Positions 10,593 to 25,000 of a DNA stretch of 64,000 nucleotides are shown piece after piece. Below the pieces are notes generated by a model, which saw only the letters and a list, made by a program, of their open reading frames with translations, was not told the origin of the DNA and did not search any database. Source of the stretch: Perkinsus chesapeaki ATCC PRA-425. Lineage: Eukaryota; Protista; Perkinsozoa. Position 1 is the first letter of the stretch. Every line of letters starts with the position of its first letter. Both the position numbers and the translations under genes were made by a program. The stretch spans positions 1-64,000 of the forward strand of contig JAAPAO010000018.1 in the NCBI GenBank assembly GCA_013115145.1. Reading direction: 5' to 3'.

Positions 10593-13500
10593 TCAACTGC
10601 TGCCAATGGAGCTTTCAAGGACATGGAGCCATGATTCCAGGTGCTCGATATCTTCACCGGCAGCCTTCCCTTCACTTGCGAAAGTCTCATCAAACAGAGA
10701 CCCAACCTGTAGCGTCTTTCGTGCAGCCAGGAGCGCTTTACTTTGGTGTATCGCCAACGGGCTGAGAAACAACCGTGGATACCGCTCATACCGTAATTTC
10801 CTCACGTCATCGTCGAAAGGCTCATAGCGTTCAAGCGATGAGAATGAACCAGCAACGTGAGCGCTCTGTGAACCTGCCGCACTCTGCAGCATTTCAGTCC
10901 TTCATTAAGATAATAAATTACCACACAATGCTCCTCATGAGGCATCACTTTCCTTTCAGCAAAAGGCAAACCACCGAGGCTTTCCGGTAACACCTGCAAC
11001 AACGTTGTGTTGACGTCTGCATCTACATGCACAGAGAGAGCGCATCACTGAGCACGACCAAGTCGGGGTGTGAAGTATAAATGATAACACGCCGCAGCCG
11101 CCTGGGACGGGGAGCGACTACCCCTCCTTGGACTGCCAACTTCATCAGCTTCTCCGACAGCCCAGCTAAGCTCTCCGGACTCTTGGCTGCCCGCGCAGCT
11201 GCTAATGCCTCGCAGGTGATGCTCATCATCAAGCGTAGGGTTAAGGTGGCTTTAGTGAACCATTTATCAACATCCTCCACCAGAACAGATTCTGAAGACG
11301 AGGAAACATGGCCAGTGTGTTTGTACAGCCGAAAGTCGACCGGGAATATCCCATCCGTGACTCATATAGCGATCACCTTCACTGCCGCACTTTCGGCATT
11401 GAAATACATCACCCTCCTTCAAGCATGATCCACCATCACATCGGGGACAGAGGAAGCTCTCCCAATCACTCAGACCGCTCTGAAGGGGAACTATCGAACT
11501 AGGCATCATCCTTGATACAAAAAGCAACCGGGACGATGCCACTCTAAGTGTTCTTCATTCAATTGGAGTTACGAATACGACGGCCACCGGGGAGTAGTAG
11601 AGGGGCATGAAATGTTCTAATCAAGAATACAACCGATGCCGCCTTCTTAGGAAAAATTGTATCTGTCCATCGCTAACACTTTTAAATCCCAGAGGAAATC
11701 GATTCCGTTTCGGAGCCAGATGACTCCCTAACCGCGAGCAAATGACGAACCTTCACCGTTTAATCCTGTGAACGCTCCCTCAATCGATGCTTACGGTTTC
11801 ATCCTGACATCGATGACACATACAAGTGAAGTGCTTCTCTTTCACCATCCTCTCCCGCCTCTCCGCAACACTGTCGAAAAACGACGAAGTGGCGAACCTG
11901 ACCAACAAACCAATGATACTAGATAACTAACGGCTCGCCGGCACTCACAGCAAATGATGGCCAAAGTAACTCATACACAGTTGCTCGCCGGCCATCACTG
12001 GACGAACCGTCACAGCCCTCAGCAACGGAGGACCTGATGAACCAATAGTGGCCCGATGACGGCAATGCCGACTCGGCAGTAGTACCATCGGGACTGTGGG
12101 TGGATATGGATACATTGGGCATGCAGCTGTGGTTAAGTAGACTGGCCAGTAGGAACACACATGTTGCTGCGCCTCCACAGGCCACGCCTCCTTTAGTGAT
12201 TGTATTCTTGAATGAATTCAATGCTACGCATTCGTTAATTGTGGCCATCTCAGATATCTGAAGACCAGTGGAAAGATAAGTAACTCAATGAACCACATCA
12301 GCGTAACCAAGATACCCCCACGGGCGGCGGGCTCCTGAAGCATGCGACACGACATCATCACATGGGGCCGGAAATGATAGGATACAACGACTATCACATA
12401 CACAGAGGAGGCAGGGCCAACTATAGCAGTGGGGTAAATTTTACCCCACTAGTTGGCCCAACCTTCTTTTACCCGGTAAAAAGTATCAGCCAAATGCGGC
12501 TGTTTCTGCTACCTCTTTATCGCTGTGACTTCTCGAGAACTTCTCAAACGTCTTGATGAACTCCCGACATAAGGCCTCACTTGGAGCTGAATACGGCAAT
12601 AAGACCATAAAATAACCAACTCATATCTGGTACTAGCAACGACGACGACGACGATGCAAAATTACCACTGCCGGAATTTCTGTAGAAATTTTTTCTCTCG
12701 GAGCTAAGATGTAAGCACCAAATCATCACGGTGAACGAATCTAACTTGCGCCACTTCATTCCCGAGCCGCGCTCCCACTGCATAGTTATCGGACAACCAC
12801 GACGACTATCAAAGCACAACTTGTGCTGCACAAGTCATGCGTTACTCTCCTCATCATCATCAAATACATTCATAACAGCGCTCCAGGCATCAGGCCGAGC
12901 CAACCATCTCTTCGACTGCTCATGAGAAAAAAACATCGAAAAGGATTTAATATCATCCCGCATGCTCTCTGGTAGACCTTCAATATCATCACCGACACGC
13001 GGATACAGGTACTGCGCAAATTGGCAAGATAAGATGAGTTGGGACCAGCCGCCTACTTGCCGAAGCTTCCGAGCATCGTCGAAGTTGTTCATTATCCACA
13101 ACAGTGTATCCAGTGCACCGGCGACCGCATCAGACCTATAACTGTGAACATGGTAACCAATGATGAGCCTCTGGTGGAAACACAAGCCTGCATGCTCTCA
13201 CACCGTCAATGTGCCTTTACTCTTACTTCACCTCAAATACACATTAATCTGCTATTCTATTAATAAATGCCTGCAGTACATCCCACATAGAGAATAGGGG
13301 ACACCGACACAATTGACGATCCAATCCTCACCCGTGCGGTTTAATAGTAACAGCTGGTTCCTCCTCCAACAGCACGCACCCCTCGGGTATGTCCTCTGTA
13401 GCATACAAACCCATACCACACTCACTATTATACCTAACCTGTGTACAGCAGCTACTCTATACCGCTCTTTCCCCAACTTATCACTTCATAGCCCCCCGAC

Positions 13501-13640
13501 ATTCTCCTCACTAACGGTCTCAGGCCCGATTTACTATGTCCAGGCACCGCCGGTAGCAACCGCTGGAAGCCCTCAGGCAACATAGCTTTCTCCTCCTCAA
13601 CTTCCACCGTAAGTGCTTTCCGCGATTTCTTCTTTGTCAT
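10593..13640 (-). CDS. SMYD-type SET-domain lysine methyltransferase, multi-exon
   Basis: Spliced N-SET VRYNSECGMGLYATEDIPEGCVLLEEEP. C-SET LASLLNHSCMPNV and, across a 52-nt GT-AG intron, RAVTVRPVMAGEQLCMSY. Post-SET FLCPRCDGGSC...CRKCG. Confidence 0.8.
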
Positions 13641-13791
13641 CTTATACTGCCTCCAAAACTGCTTCCTCCCACCCCCTCAAACGCAACATCAATAATGTGT
13701 CGGTGTAATAGCAATGCGTGGATCTATCACTACCGTCTAATTCAAACCTACAATAGGTGCCAATCAGGCCCCCGACATGTCCCCTGCCGAC

Positions 13792-14938
13792 CTAGGGGAA
13801 TGTCTTCTTGGTCATTATATTATAAAAGTCCTCAGCGCTTATCTCTCCATCACCGTTACCTAACACTCTCCTACAAATCCACCACAGCAGGAGCATAAGT
13901 GCTACTGTCTGCTCTCTCGATCATCTCCCTCAGCTCCTCATCGGTCATAGTCTGATTTAACCAGTAATAGACTACCACCAATACCCCCTCCAATATTACC
14001 TCTCCCAGCTCCTTAGCTACTCGACGCAGATTCTTAATCGTAATAGTACCTGTGAACAGCATACAAGGGGAGATGGAGCTAGTGCCCAGCAGTTTGCCGT
14101 TCTAATCACATGATAATAGCATTGAATAGCTGCTGCTGCTAACTAGTTACTATTTTGGGAGGCTATTTATTAATCTTCTACTCACCAATAGATTCTAATA
14201 TATCAATTTAGAGTATATAATTACTATTTAAATTACTAAAGACTTTCTAACTGAGAGCATTCTTAACGTTCTCTACGCTTGATGGATCCCCGAGCCCCCG
14301 ACAACGTCTCACCAGTCTTATCATCATCAAATAGGTTAAATATCTTCATAATACCTTCACGTGACTCCTTGTCCCCCTACAACACCACCCTTCCTCCACA
14401 CCAACCATCAGCAGCAGCAACAACAACTCACCAGCTTGTTCGTGATACTGTCAAGGAACTCCTCAAAGTCAACAACACCGTTGCTTTCCCTCTCCAGATC
14501 GGCGATCATCTAAAAGCCAAATCCCCTCCAGAACATTCCCGAGCCGTACTTGATAGATTGTAGGGTTCTTAGACTCGAATCCCAGGCTCTGCATCGCCGC
14601 CTTCAGCTCCTTGGGATCGATCGTACCGCTACCATCTGTGTCGAATAAATTAAAGGCCTCACGGATCTCATCGATCTCATCCTGAATACGAAGGGCTGGT
14701 TCGGAGCGAAAACTGCAATAATCGAATCAGAGATGATATAATAACTATTCAAGTGACAATTCAGAGTAGAGCACGGACTCTCCAGTAAATGTAATAAAGT
14801 ATATAAATAAAAGTAAGCGTATAATAGTGTTCAAGATTAAGCATTAATTATGACCTCAGTAAGGCCAGGTCTCTCATAGGTCGGCTTACGACGGCCACCA
14901 GCAGCAGGAGGAGCAGGGCTAGCACGAGAGCGGGACAT
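13792..14938 (-). CDS. Centrin (EF-hand protein), multi-exon
   Basis: RPGLTE|[44 protein letters not shown]|[14 protein letters not shown]..|[22 protein letters not shown]|[16 protein letters not shown]|[36 protein letters not shown]. Confidence 0.95.
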
Positions 14939-15076
14939 TATAATAAATTAGAGGAACACCTGCTGCTGCTGCTGACACTAGCCAACACCCATCTGCACCA
15001 CAAAGAAACCAACACTTGAACAACAGTGAAACGATATCTTAATTTAAACATTCAAGTATACATTCTCAAGCCTGGC

Positions 15077-15980
15077 CTATCCACCAGCAGAGGCCGCTGT
15101 AGCGCCGCCACCTTCACGGATGGCGAGGAGCTCTTGTGCCTTATCCATCAGCGATAGGGATTGACTTCGTACACATGCCAGTTCAAGACGGGACAGTTTA
15201 GAGACCTGAACACAAGTAACAACACCACCAAGTGGAAGATCCCCTCGATACATCCAGGTTAGCAACGTCAGTGTCAAGCATTTTAATGCCCTCTCGTATC
15301 TTATGCCTCCTAATATTCAATATATCTGAGGAAAAGTCGGTATGAAAATATCTGCACGCATGCACATTGCATCACCACCTTCCAACAGGACCCTTATCTC
15401 AGCCTGTGCCTTCGGCCCTCCTAATGCGTCCTGCGAGCCTGCTGCCATCACCTCGCCATTCGCCCCGCTCCTCAGCCACGGTCGCTGGTTGAGTAACACC
15501 TACCACATACCCTCACGGCAACCCCCCTGCAAGCTGCCCACATGAGCCAGCTCCAGATAGTGCTCATGAACATCTGTGAACTCATCGCTCGGCAATCGCT
15601 TTTCCTCAGCCAGCTGCTGCCTCAGATGCGCTGCATTCAACCACTCAGGAGCCTCTATACTACACCTATCCATCAGCACTTGACACCACACAGCACCACC
15701 GATGCACCTATTCGTTCGTTCCAGATACAAGGCCAACCACAGCGGAACATCCGTCGGCATATGGGGGCTGAAGGGCCCCACTTCACCCGAAAACAGCTCC
15801 CATTTGGCGCCAAAGGTGGTGAAAGATGCCGAGGGCACCACAGTTACCTGAGCAAGGACCACAGCTACCTTACTCGGTGGCCCTTCCTGATACCAAGGTA
15901 TCCAATGCCTCAAACTCCTCATTGGCAATAAAGGAGGCCTTTCTTATTAAATCAACATCACATATACGTATTTGGTCCAT
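15077..15980 (-). CDS. GINS2: GINS complex subunit Psf2, multi-exon
   Basis: KASFIANEE; GEVGPFSPHMPTDVPLWLALYL; IEAPEWLN; EHYLELAH match the Psf2 pattern. Confidence 0.85.
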
Positions 15981-16092
15981 AATAAAATAAAGCAACAACA
16001 ACAACCCTGTTATACTGAAGCATCAAGCATCGGAGCAGAGGAGGTTGGCCGATACCAGCATACCAGAAACAGAGCATCTGATACGATGCTCG

Positions 16093-16439
16093 CTAGGGCG
16101 GCAGACCGATTGCGAACATCTCATAGGAACCCACACTGATCTTAACATACGAACCATACGCAGCTCGCTTCTGCCACTCAACACTGGCATCTGAAATTAT
16201 TCACAGTTATGTGTTCCTGGTGCATCAGAAAGTCACCCTCATACGGAGTTCCACCGGAAAGTATATGTCTGGATGGTCGAAAGGGAATATCACGTACATA
16301 CCTTTTGGGCGTAACATTTAATCGTCCCCTACTATGACCCCCCAGTGAGCCCCACACAAAGATGGCCAAGCAGCACTGAATCACTCTTCAATTTACACAA
16401 TACTAAAATCGACCACATGTCAACTGCCAGAAACTTCAT
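16093..16439 (-). CDS. Small spliced hypothetical protein; 5' end unresolved
   Basis: Two GT-AG introns give a coherent frame ..GRLNVTPKR|HILSGGTPYE|DASVEWQKRAAYGSYVKISVGSYEMFAIGLPP*. Confidence 0.3.
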
Positions 16440-16552
16440 AAAATTGATATCATGTCTGCTGTCCAAATCAACTACGATCCAGCACAGATCGCCGGGTTGT
16501 TGCAGAACCAGCAGCAGCAGCGCTTTGAAAAACTCTTCCTCGCATCGATCCT

Positions 16553-19500
16553 CTAATTTCCCTTCGCCTCCTTCACATATTTGGCGAACTCGTATACATA
16601 ACTGAAACAAAGCCAAATATTAAATGCTCGATGCGATGCCTCGAATCAAGCATCGCACTGGCGAAGCTTACGTGCCAAGGGTCTTTATTCCGGTGATGTA
16701 GTTCCACCTGGAAATCTTCTCATTCTGGCTATGAGCGCCGTCATCACCTTGCCCAATCGGCAGCAGTATGAGTGGCTTACCATTGGTGACCTTTAACCAC
16801 AGCTTACTCCTCCTAGTAAAGATTAACAACTATAGGTACCTCATCAAACGTGAGGGTTATCGGTATCGATCCTCCCTCTCTGGTGTAGTCCGGCTCCTGA
16901 CCGTTGTGGACCTACAACAGAAGGAGGCGGTACTTTCCCTCCAATAAAATATCGTCTAAGTTTCCGTTGGGCATTCCGAGTCAACTAACATCCAACTTAC
17001 GATCCTAGTGGCTGACGCAGCGGCCTTGAAATTGAAGTCGGTAATGTCGCCAACCCACGGCTGAACTCAAAATGATAGGTAGACAATAGAACAACCAAGA
17101 GAGTGCAGCCTACCCGGGCCCCAAGAAGAGTGTTAACCTTGAGTCTATTACGGCTGCCAAGGCTGTCGAATACCTTAACCAGATGCTTCTTCACACATTC
17201 CTCAACGTGTTGCACTGTCATGTTCGGCACTGTACGTATGGAGAACTTACCTATACGAAATACCAATATAAGATACCATAACTTAATGATTAATATTTCG
17301 CTTCCCCGTCATCAGACCGCCCACAGTAAAAACCTTCTAAAGGGGCCCCGTTAAACGGGGTGATATATACGTCCAATTTAGTCATCTTCCACCTAGTATG
17401 ATTTTCCCAAGCATCCTCTACCACCCCAGGCCCACCACAACACACTCGCGGACGGGGCCCGCCGACAAGAGCACCTCAGACTATCGGCACTGCCGAGCTC
17501 ATACCAGGCATCCAATTGCTAGGATTATGCAACCACAATTCCCCCTAGATATGGCTTGGTAATATCTCCGAGAGACTATTACCCCCTTTAAAATGGAAGT
17601 TGACTTCAACTGCATGCACCACCAAGTCTAAGCCCGAGGCCCCGCGAAAACACACATGCGTAGCCGCAATTTGAGAAGATCAATGCTGCCCTTATCAAAA
17701 GCTGCTTACCCACAACCGTTCTTGGTATAACAGTCTTGGCTCCAGCACCTGAGAATGCTCCTTCGATACCATGCAGCGATAAAGAAGGGTACCGGGAGCG
17801 ACCCATGAGGATCTCCGTAGGGTTCTGATGACACCAAGCTACCAGTTTATAACATTCTACCGCACTTACATCAAACAGCAAAGGCATGCCACCAACACCG
17901 TCATTCGCATAGGCTTCGATGTCGAAGTCACAAATCTCATACCTGCCCGGATCGGTACGTAAAAGTGCCAGGGAAACTGTCGACCTATATTTTTGAACAA
18001 TCTCATCGTAGAGGACAACGCGGAGATCGGGAACATACGATCGATCTTATATATAGTGATCCAGTATTAGTAAACAACCGACTACGTTGACTCCTCTAGA
18101 ACAGCCGTGCTGACATGATACAAGGCTGGCGTGCCACCAATGAGTAATATATTATTAGCTAAGGTCTGTGACCTCAACAACAACAAGATGCTTCAAATTG
18201 GAGTCCAATAGGAAATACTGTGAAATCTTAAATTCCGAAGTAAGCCTCTATTCCCCAGAACCAGCTCCTCCTCAAGTGGACCAGGAGTAGGGCATTAGCT
18301 ACGGTCCGTGACCTCAATAAGATACTAGATCATAGAGTTGCTTAAAATACTGCGGGACTCGAAACTACATCTCCCCGAAGCAGCTCCCCCTCAAGTATAG
18401 CAGCTAACCCCCTACTACTACTACTACTTCCTCCTCTCCTCAGTAGTTAGCTCAGCAACTTCATCATATATCCCTGGTATCAGCAGCCTCCCGTTCTTAC
18501 TATCAACCAGGGTCGACATCAACTACACCAAACCATAACACATCACCACCCAGCAGCCTCCCTCCCGTCACCTTGATGAGGTCATTAAGCGGCTCATGGA
18601 CCGCCCCACCATGCGAGCCCGAATGCAAATCTTTGCTGCCCCCGCGTATCTGATTTAATCCCTGGAAATACTATCCTAGCCGGAACTCACTTCAACAGCA
18701 AAGTAAGCCGCACCTCTGATGCCAAAGGTAAGGCAAGGGCGCCTCGTTCCCAACCAATAGTTATCGGAGATACACGTCCCATCAACATCACCAAAGAAGG
18801 TCTCACGGACCGACTAGGCCAAAACAATCATCTCACTTTCATCCCAGCTCCTCCTCCTTACTTGTAGGCACGGCTCCAAGCCTTCCGAGCCTGACTCCTC
18901 CATCCCTTCAAACACACATCTACAGTGGCAATAGGGCACTACCATCCAACTGTATATAAATCAGCTACTTCATAGTGCAAGGCAAAGGTATGTTGAATTT
19001 CCTATGGAACTCCACAAACCACAGCCAGCAGATAACCGGTCCCTTATCATCAGTGGCACCTCTACCATACCTGAATAATACAATTCACTCAACCACAGCT
19101 GCCAACGACCACTCACAGTTTGCCATCGATCTCGGTAAGCTCGAAAGGCTCTGTGTCCCAACCGTCCTCCTTCTCCGCTGGCTGGACCTACAAGTTTGCC
19201 GGCTACTGTCTCCAGTATCATTGAACCTTCAGCCTATGGCTAAGTCTTCTCTACTTATATTCCAGCATTACTATACTAATACATTATCCAACATAGAGCA
19301 TAACCGTATTCTCTTAATGTAACATTTCTCGAATCCACTCAGTGCTAAGATACTTATACCTCCACTCTACGTCCACACGGACAACATCAGCCTAATAAAT
19401 TTCCCAAATGGTGAAGCTGCTAGTGCCACCCCACTTCCTATGCCATCTCCTCCAACCTAACATAGTCATGCCTCCATGACTGATTATCTATGTCTGATAT

Positions 19501-21100
19501 ATTCTACTACTCACTTTGTATGCTCCAAGACAATCTAATAAAGTTCCTAAATGTTGAAGCTGCTACTATCACCCTGATTCCTCCACCGTCTCCTCCTCCT
19601 CCCACATATAAGCTTACATCCAAGTGACCATAGACACACAAGGTAGGCTCATCGGCAGGACAGGGGCCGCCACTCTCAAATGTGCAGAACAGAACTGGTG
19701 GTAGGGGAATCTCACTGCCTGACAACCAACAGAGATCCGAGTTGATAATGAAATAAAGGACCCAAAATATCTATTCCATCAAGATAGGTTTGTTATAAAT
19801 GCAATAGGTTAATGAGTTAAATCTTGATATTCAACTAATATCAAATAATTATCAACTTCTAGCTCCGTAATGCATCTTCTTGTCCACGTTAGTTGCCGAC
19901 TAAAGATACTCCATCGATTCTAATATCTCCCGATCTATTCTCGGCTCAAGCTCTATCAATCAGCTTAGGAAGGTGGTCTTTATAATACACAGTTATCACC
20001 ATCAATTAAAGTCTGCAGGCCTAGATCCACCACATCCGTCGCTCCCCCCAGAGCCTCACACCACTTAGTCGCCCAAGCAATGGTTTGGATAACCTAAAAG
20101 ACGATCTTCTGTTGAGCACAGATCTGAGCCATCTAAGCACCTGGGGCCTCTTGGATGGATCCCCAGATACACCGGGAATGGCCACGCATTCTGCCAAGCG
20201 GGATATGAACACCTACAATCACTTTGCATTCTCAAGGTCGAGGTCATTGTGGCACATCTTGATTGATATCCACCCATTCGAAAAATGCCTTATAAAGATC
20301 CTTACTGGGATCGGTGGAGATCGAGTCATTGGTGTCCCTGAATTAAAACGAGCTCGCACTGTGGGCATTGATTCCCGATAATCGTTTCAACATCTCATAG
20401 TCACGCAGACAAAACTACTCCCCTCCCGAAATAATAGAGCCATGAAAATTTGTTGAAGAGCCGTGGCTCCCAACTGGCTCGACGCCCTACCCTAGCCACA
20501 GTTGCCGCCGCTACCAATTACCTCTACCCTAGAAGGGTGATGAATTTGCTCATCGTGAGGCTCCTCCGGTGATACGTCTCCATAGCCCGCGATATAGAGT
20601 ATCTTTCAACTCGGTCATTGATGGAGCTATTTATAATACATCTAGCGTGAATTATTTATTAATTAACCCTTCTATTATAATAAGCCCCCGCGCTGCTCTA
20701 TCTCCACCGAAACCCACCTGAAACCTATTTCAGTTTGATCAGCCAATATCTGCACACCAGCAACAGGGTCAGCTCTCGGCGATGATAGTTCCTCCTCCCT
20801 AATAAAAATCAACCTCATAAAATATCCAGCACTATCAAGCTCACATATCTTTAGGAATCGGCCTGTAGGCGATCGATGGTGAAGGTAAGAAGGGCTGAGG
20901 GCTCACTGGATGATACGGTGACGCAGCGCCGTCATCTAACCGAAACCTGTCGACCACCCAGATCCTTAGCACTTACCAAAGCCTTGAGAAGTGCTTCCAA
21001 GCATTCCCATAGCCGAGCCTGTAAGCATTGTCTTCTGGACTGGTGGCCTCGAATGGGGCACATTGGATTCATCAATCTCTAAGGTGAACTCCTCAGACAT
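16553..21100 (-). CDS. M20A cytosolic non-specific dipeptidase (CNDP2/Dug1-like), paralog 1, with N-terminal extension
   Basis: [18 protein letters not shown]; LCVYGHLDV; RGATDDKGP; DLHSGSHGG; [14 protein letters not shown]; GKFSIRTVP; [17 protein letters not shown]; last exon [15 protein letters not shown]. Confidence 0.9.
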
Positions 21101-21175
21101 AATAAGAAGGGGTGGGCCCTCAAAACTGGGAAACTGCCTATGCAGCAAGCTCTGTAAGACATATTATCAATTAAC

Positions 21176-21916
21176 CTAAGATTGACTATCGGAAAGGTTG
21201 ATAAGGTGCATCATACCTCCACCAGACCGATCTAATACTGTACAAGTATAACCTATAATAGTTATACACCCCAGTAGAGCCCTCCTGGAGGCCTCACCCA
21301 CTCTATAGGCCTCAGACCTGGCCCTCATCGCCCCCCCACCATCTATGGGGCGGCAAACATTACGCACTTGGCTATTAGTTTGTGATCCCACATTGGCCGG
21401 TATCATCGACGAGATTCCCTTCACTGTTCCTCATCGGTAACTATCTGCCCTAACCAATCACTATATATGACTAGTCACTCCTGCTGTACGACGAAGCTAC
21501 CAAGGACAAAGCATCCTACCAATTCATATAATAATAATGATAACCTCGGCCCCAACGAACCTTACCGAGCATACACTCTCATTTCTCGAACGCTCTCTGT
21601 GTGAGTGCGTACAAACCATGCAGCTCGATGATCTAGAGAGGCTATGATCATCGCATCCTACCACTGGCACTGCTGCACCCATTAAATACACTATAACAGC
21701 AATGCCGATGCTACATGCCAGGCGCCCACCTACCCCACAGAATTGACAGGGGAACTGTAACATAACAACATAACTGCTACCGACACAGAAACTCCTCTTT
21801 TTAGTAGGACAAAGGCGATGAAGAAATTAATGTTAGGAAACTGCAGGCCTCGACTGAGCTTGGCTCCTGCTGACGGGGGAAGTACGGTATGAGGTATTAC
21901 TTCCCACTATTGACCA
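21176..21916 (-). other. Possible small spliced gene between the dipeptidase paralogs; model unresolved
   Basis: Several short ORFs bounded by GT/AG sites, but no unique in-frame splice path and no recognisable motif. Confidence 0.2.
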
Positions 21917-22003
21917 TGAATATATGTGATATTATTACTATTAGTAGTACAGTAGTCAGCTACAACGTAACAAAGGGACAGCAACAACACCAACAACAAC
22001 ACT

Positions 22004-25000
22004 CTACTGTTGCTTGGCCTTCTCCTCCTTAGTCATCTTAGTGAACTCGTAAACATACCTAAACCATTAATAGTATTACAATAATGTGGTTTCCGAATAT
22101 CATGGTTCATGTCAAAAACAGCTACATTGTATTTGATATAAGCCATATAACTGTTTTAGTAAAATGCCTTGTACTTCTCATAGGCCGCATGAGATCAAGA
22201 ATAGCAAACCATCCCTAGGGGTGTGTACTAATGCGCGGCTCAAATGAAATGTCCCTCCGAGAGTAGGCGGCATCATCACTGCCGAGGAAACAGACTCTAC
22301 AATGTTACCAACAAAGTCGACTACCGTTCCTTCCATGCCAGTCTACCGATTTTTCCACTAACTGCTCTATTACGTTCCAAGTGTCTTAGCTCCCATTATA
22401 TAGTTCCTCCGGGATATCTTCTCATTTTGGCTATGTGCCCCATCATCGCCCTGCCCAATAGGTAACAGTATAGCTGGCTTCCCACCGCTAACCTAAACAC
22501 ACATCATCACCTAACCTCATCAGATTTATCCTTTGTACCTCTTCAAAGGTGAGTGTGATAGGAATAGAGCCGCCCTCCCTGGTATAATCAGGCTCAACAC
22601 CCCATACCTGGTCAGAATAATGAAAATAATACCGAGCAAAGAAGGTCTACCTGTCTGGTGGCAGCTGCTGCGGCTCTGTAATTATAACCATTGAGATCGC
22701 CAACCCACGGCTGAGAGATGGACCAATGTAAGGGATAGGGACGATGATAACTTCACGCCCTCATATACAACCGTCATTACATTTGCTATATAGTAATGAA
22801 GCTGACTACAAAGTAGATAGTTTAAAAAGGAAGAATCATAATATATAATAATAAGGCTGATATACTGGTTTATATTATATAATAATAAGGCTGATATACT
22901 GGTTTATAATNNNNNNNNNNNNNNNNNNNNNNNNNNNNNNNNNNNNNNNNNNNNNNNNNNNNNNNNNNNNNNNNNNNNNNNNNNNNNNNNNNNNNNNNNN
23001 NNNNNNNNNNATATATAATAATAAGGCTGATATACTGGTTTATAATATATAATAATAAGGCTGATATACTGGTTTATATTATAACCTTACCTTGCCAGAG
23101 TGTATAACATTAACCTTCAGACGGTTCTTGCTTCCCAACGTATCAAAGACCTTTACTATATGTTGCTTTACACAATCAGCAACATGGTCAATAGTCATAT
23201 GGGGTACTATACGAATAGAGAACTTCCCTGAGACAACATCATCACCATTACCACCCCTAGCTCAGGGCACCCACCAACAACTGTACGGGGGATCACCGTC
23301 TTCGCACCAGCGCCCGAGAAGGCCCCCTCAATGCCATGAAGGGACAGAGTAGGGTAACGTGAACGTGCCATTAATATCGACGTCTTATCCTAAAGGTGGT
23401 AAATAACAATGATAACAGGATAAGGAGGAATTCACACTATATTAATAATGGTCTAGTTGTCCCCTCAGAATACGATAATAGTGGAAGAAAATTTCACGGA
23501 GGAAAATCAACCGACTTGTGCATCTTGAGGCCTTGATGAGTGCACCGATGGCGACTCGGCGAAGCTTGGGTTCAGTTGAGGAAGCCCGACAAAGATTCGT
23601 ATTCGATTATTTCCGTCACCCTCCGCACCCGTATATTACATTGTGCAGCAATGGCATGCCTCCAGTATCCTCATTAGCATAGCTGGCGATATTAAAGTCA
23701 CATCTCTCGTACCTACAACCAACAACCCACTTCCTCAACCGCCGCCACCGCGCTCCTCAGCCTCACATGGCCCTCTCCTCAGGCTTGAGCTCGTCAACTT
23801 CATCATAGATACCCGGAATCAGTATCTTACCGGTAGCACTGTCCACAAGCGTTGACATAATCTGCAGGCAAATGCTACTGGGAAATAATACATTGGAAGG
23901 TTCACCTTTATAAGATCGGTCATTGGCTCTTGGACCGCTCCGCCATGGGCGCCAGAATGTAAATCCTTAGTACCACCGCGCACCTAAGCAATTTATTCAT
24001 ACCATATTTCCGTCAAATCATGCCTGTCATACCTCCACGCCGAAATAGACATTGCCGCGAATGCCCCAAGTGAGGCACGGGCGCTCAAGGCCGATCCAGT
24101 AGTTGTCGGATATACAGAAGCCGTCAACATCATGGAAGAAGGTCTCACTGACAGACTGAACAGAAAGGCATAAAAAATGGTATAAAGGTTAGCTGTGGTT
24201 ACTCTAAGGCACTCCTCAAGGCCTTCTGAGCCGTACTCTTCCATACCTTCAAACACGCACCTATAAAGGACATACAACAGGCACCATTAATATAAAGGAC
24301 ATATATGTTTTATCTCCTTTGTTTAAAGTATGCCAAACTCTCTGAGAATTTGCCCATCAATTGTAAATCTATTATATGCACTAATGCAGATAATAATTTA
24401 ATTACTTCATATAATTCAATGATTTCATAAACTCCTTGTGAATTCACTCAGCCCTTTTAACCGACATTCCTACAGTAACTCATTAATGCAGATACGGCGG
24501 TGATAAGCGATATTTGATCACCTAAATGATGATATATTACTTTAGATTGCAAGGCAAAGGTATGTTGAATTTCCTATGGAACTCCACAAACCACAGCCAA
24601 CAGATAACCGGTCCCTTATCATCAGTGGCACCTCTACCATACCTAAACATGAGCAACACAGTACTCGACACCACTACTCTATTGCCCCACAGATTGCCGT
24701 TCCTTTCCGTCAGCTCAAAGGGCTCCGAGTCCCAGCCATCCCCCTTGCTTGCTGGCTGCACATCCAGATGGCCATAGACACATAGAGTGGGGGCATCGGG
24801 TAGGGTACTCTCGAATGTGCAGAACAACGCTGGTGGCAGGGCAATTTTTGTACCTATATGGGAAGGGTTATGAGGCAGCCGTGACGCGACTGGACTGACC
24901 ATCAGGGAGGGTCTGCAGGCCGAGGTCAACTGGCTCTGTAACGCCACCGAGAGTCTCGCACCACTTAGTGGCCCAGGCTACCATTTGAAGGACCTAAGAA

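Noticed and set aside
9310-11502. Many short ORFs antisense to or overlapping the Mei2-like and SET genes, and similar ones across the window
   Set aside because: Shadow ORFs or exon-plus-intron read-throughs of spliced genes, with no independent motifs.
22841-23080. 34-bp repeats as a CRISPR array
   Set aside because: Units are directly adjacent with no unique spacers, lie in a eukaryotic intron, and no cas genes are present.
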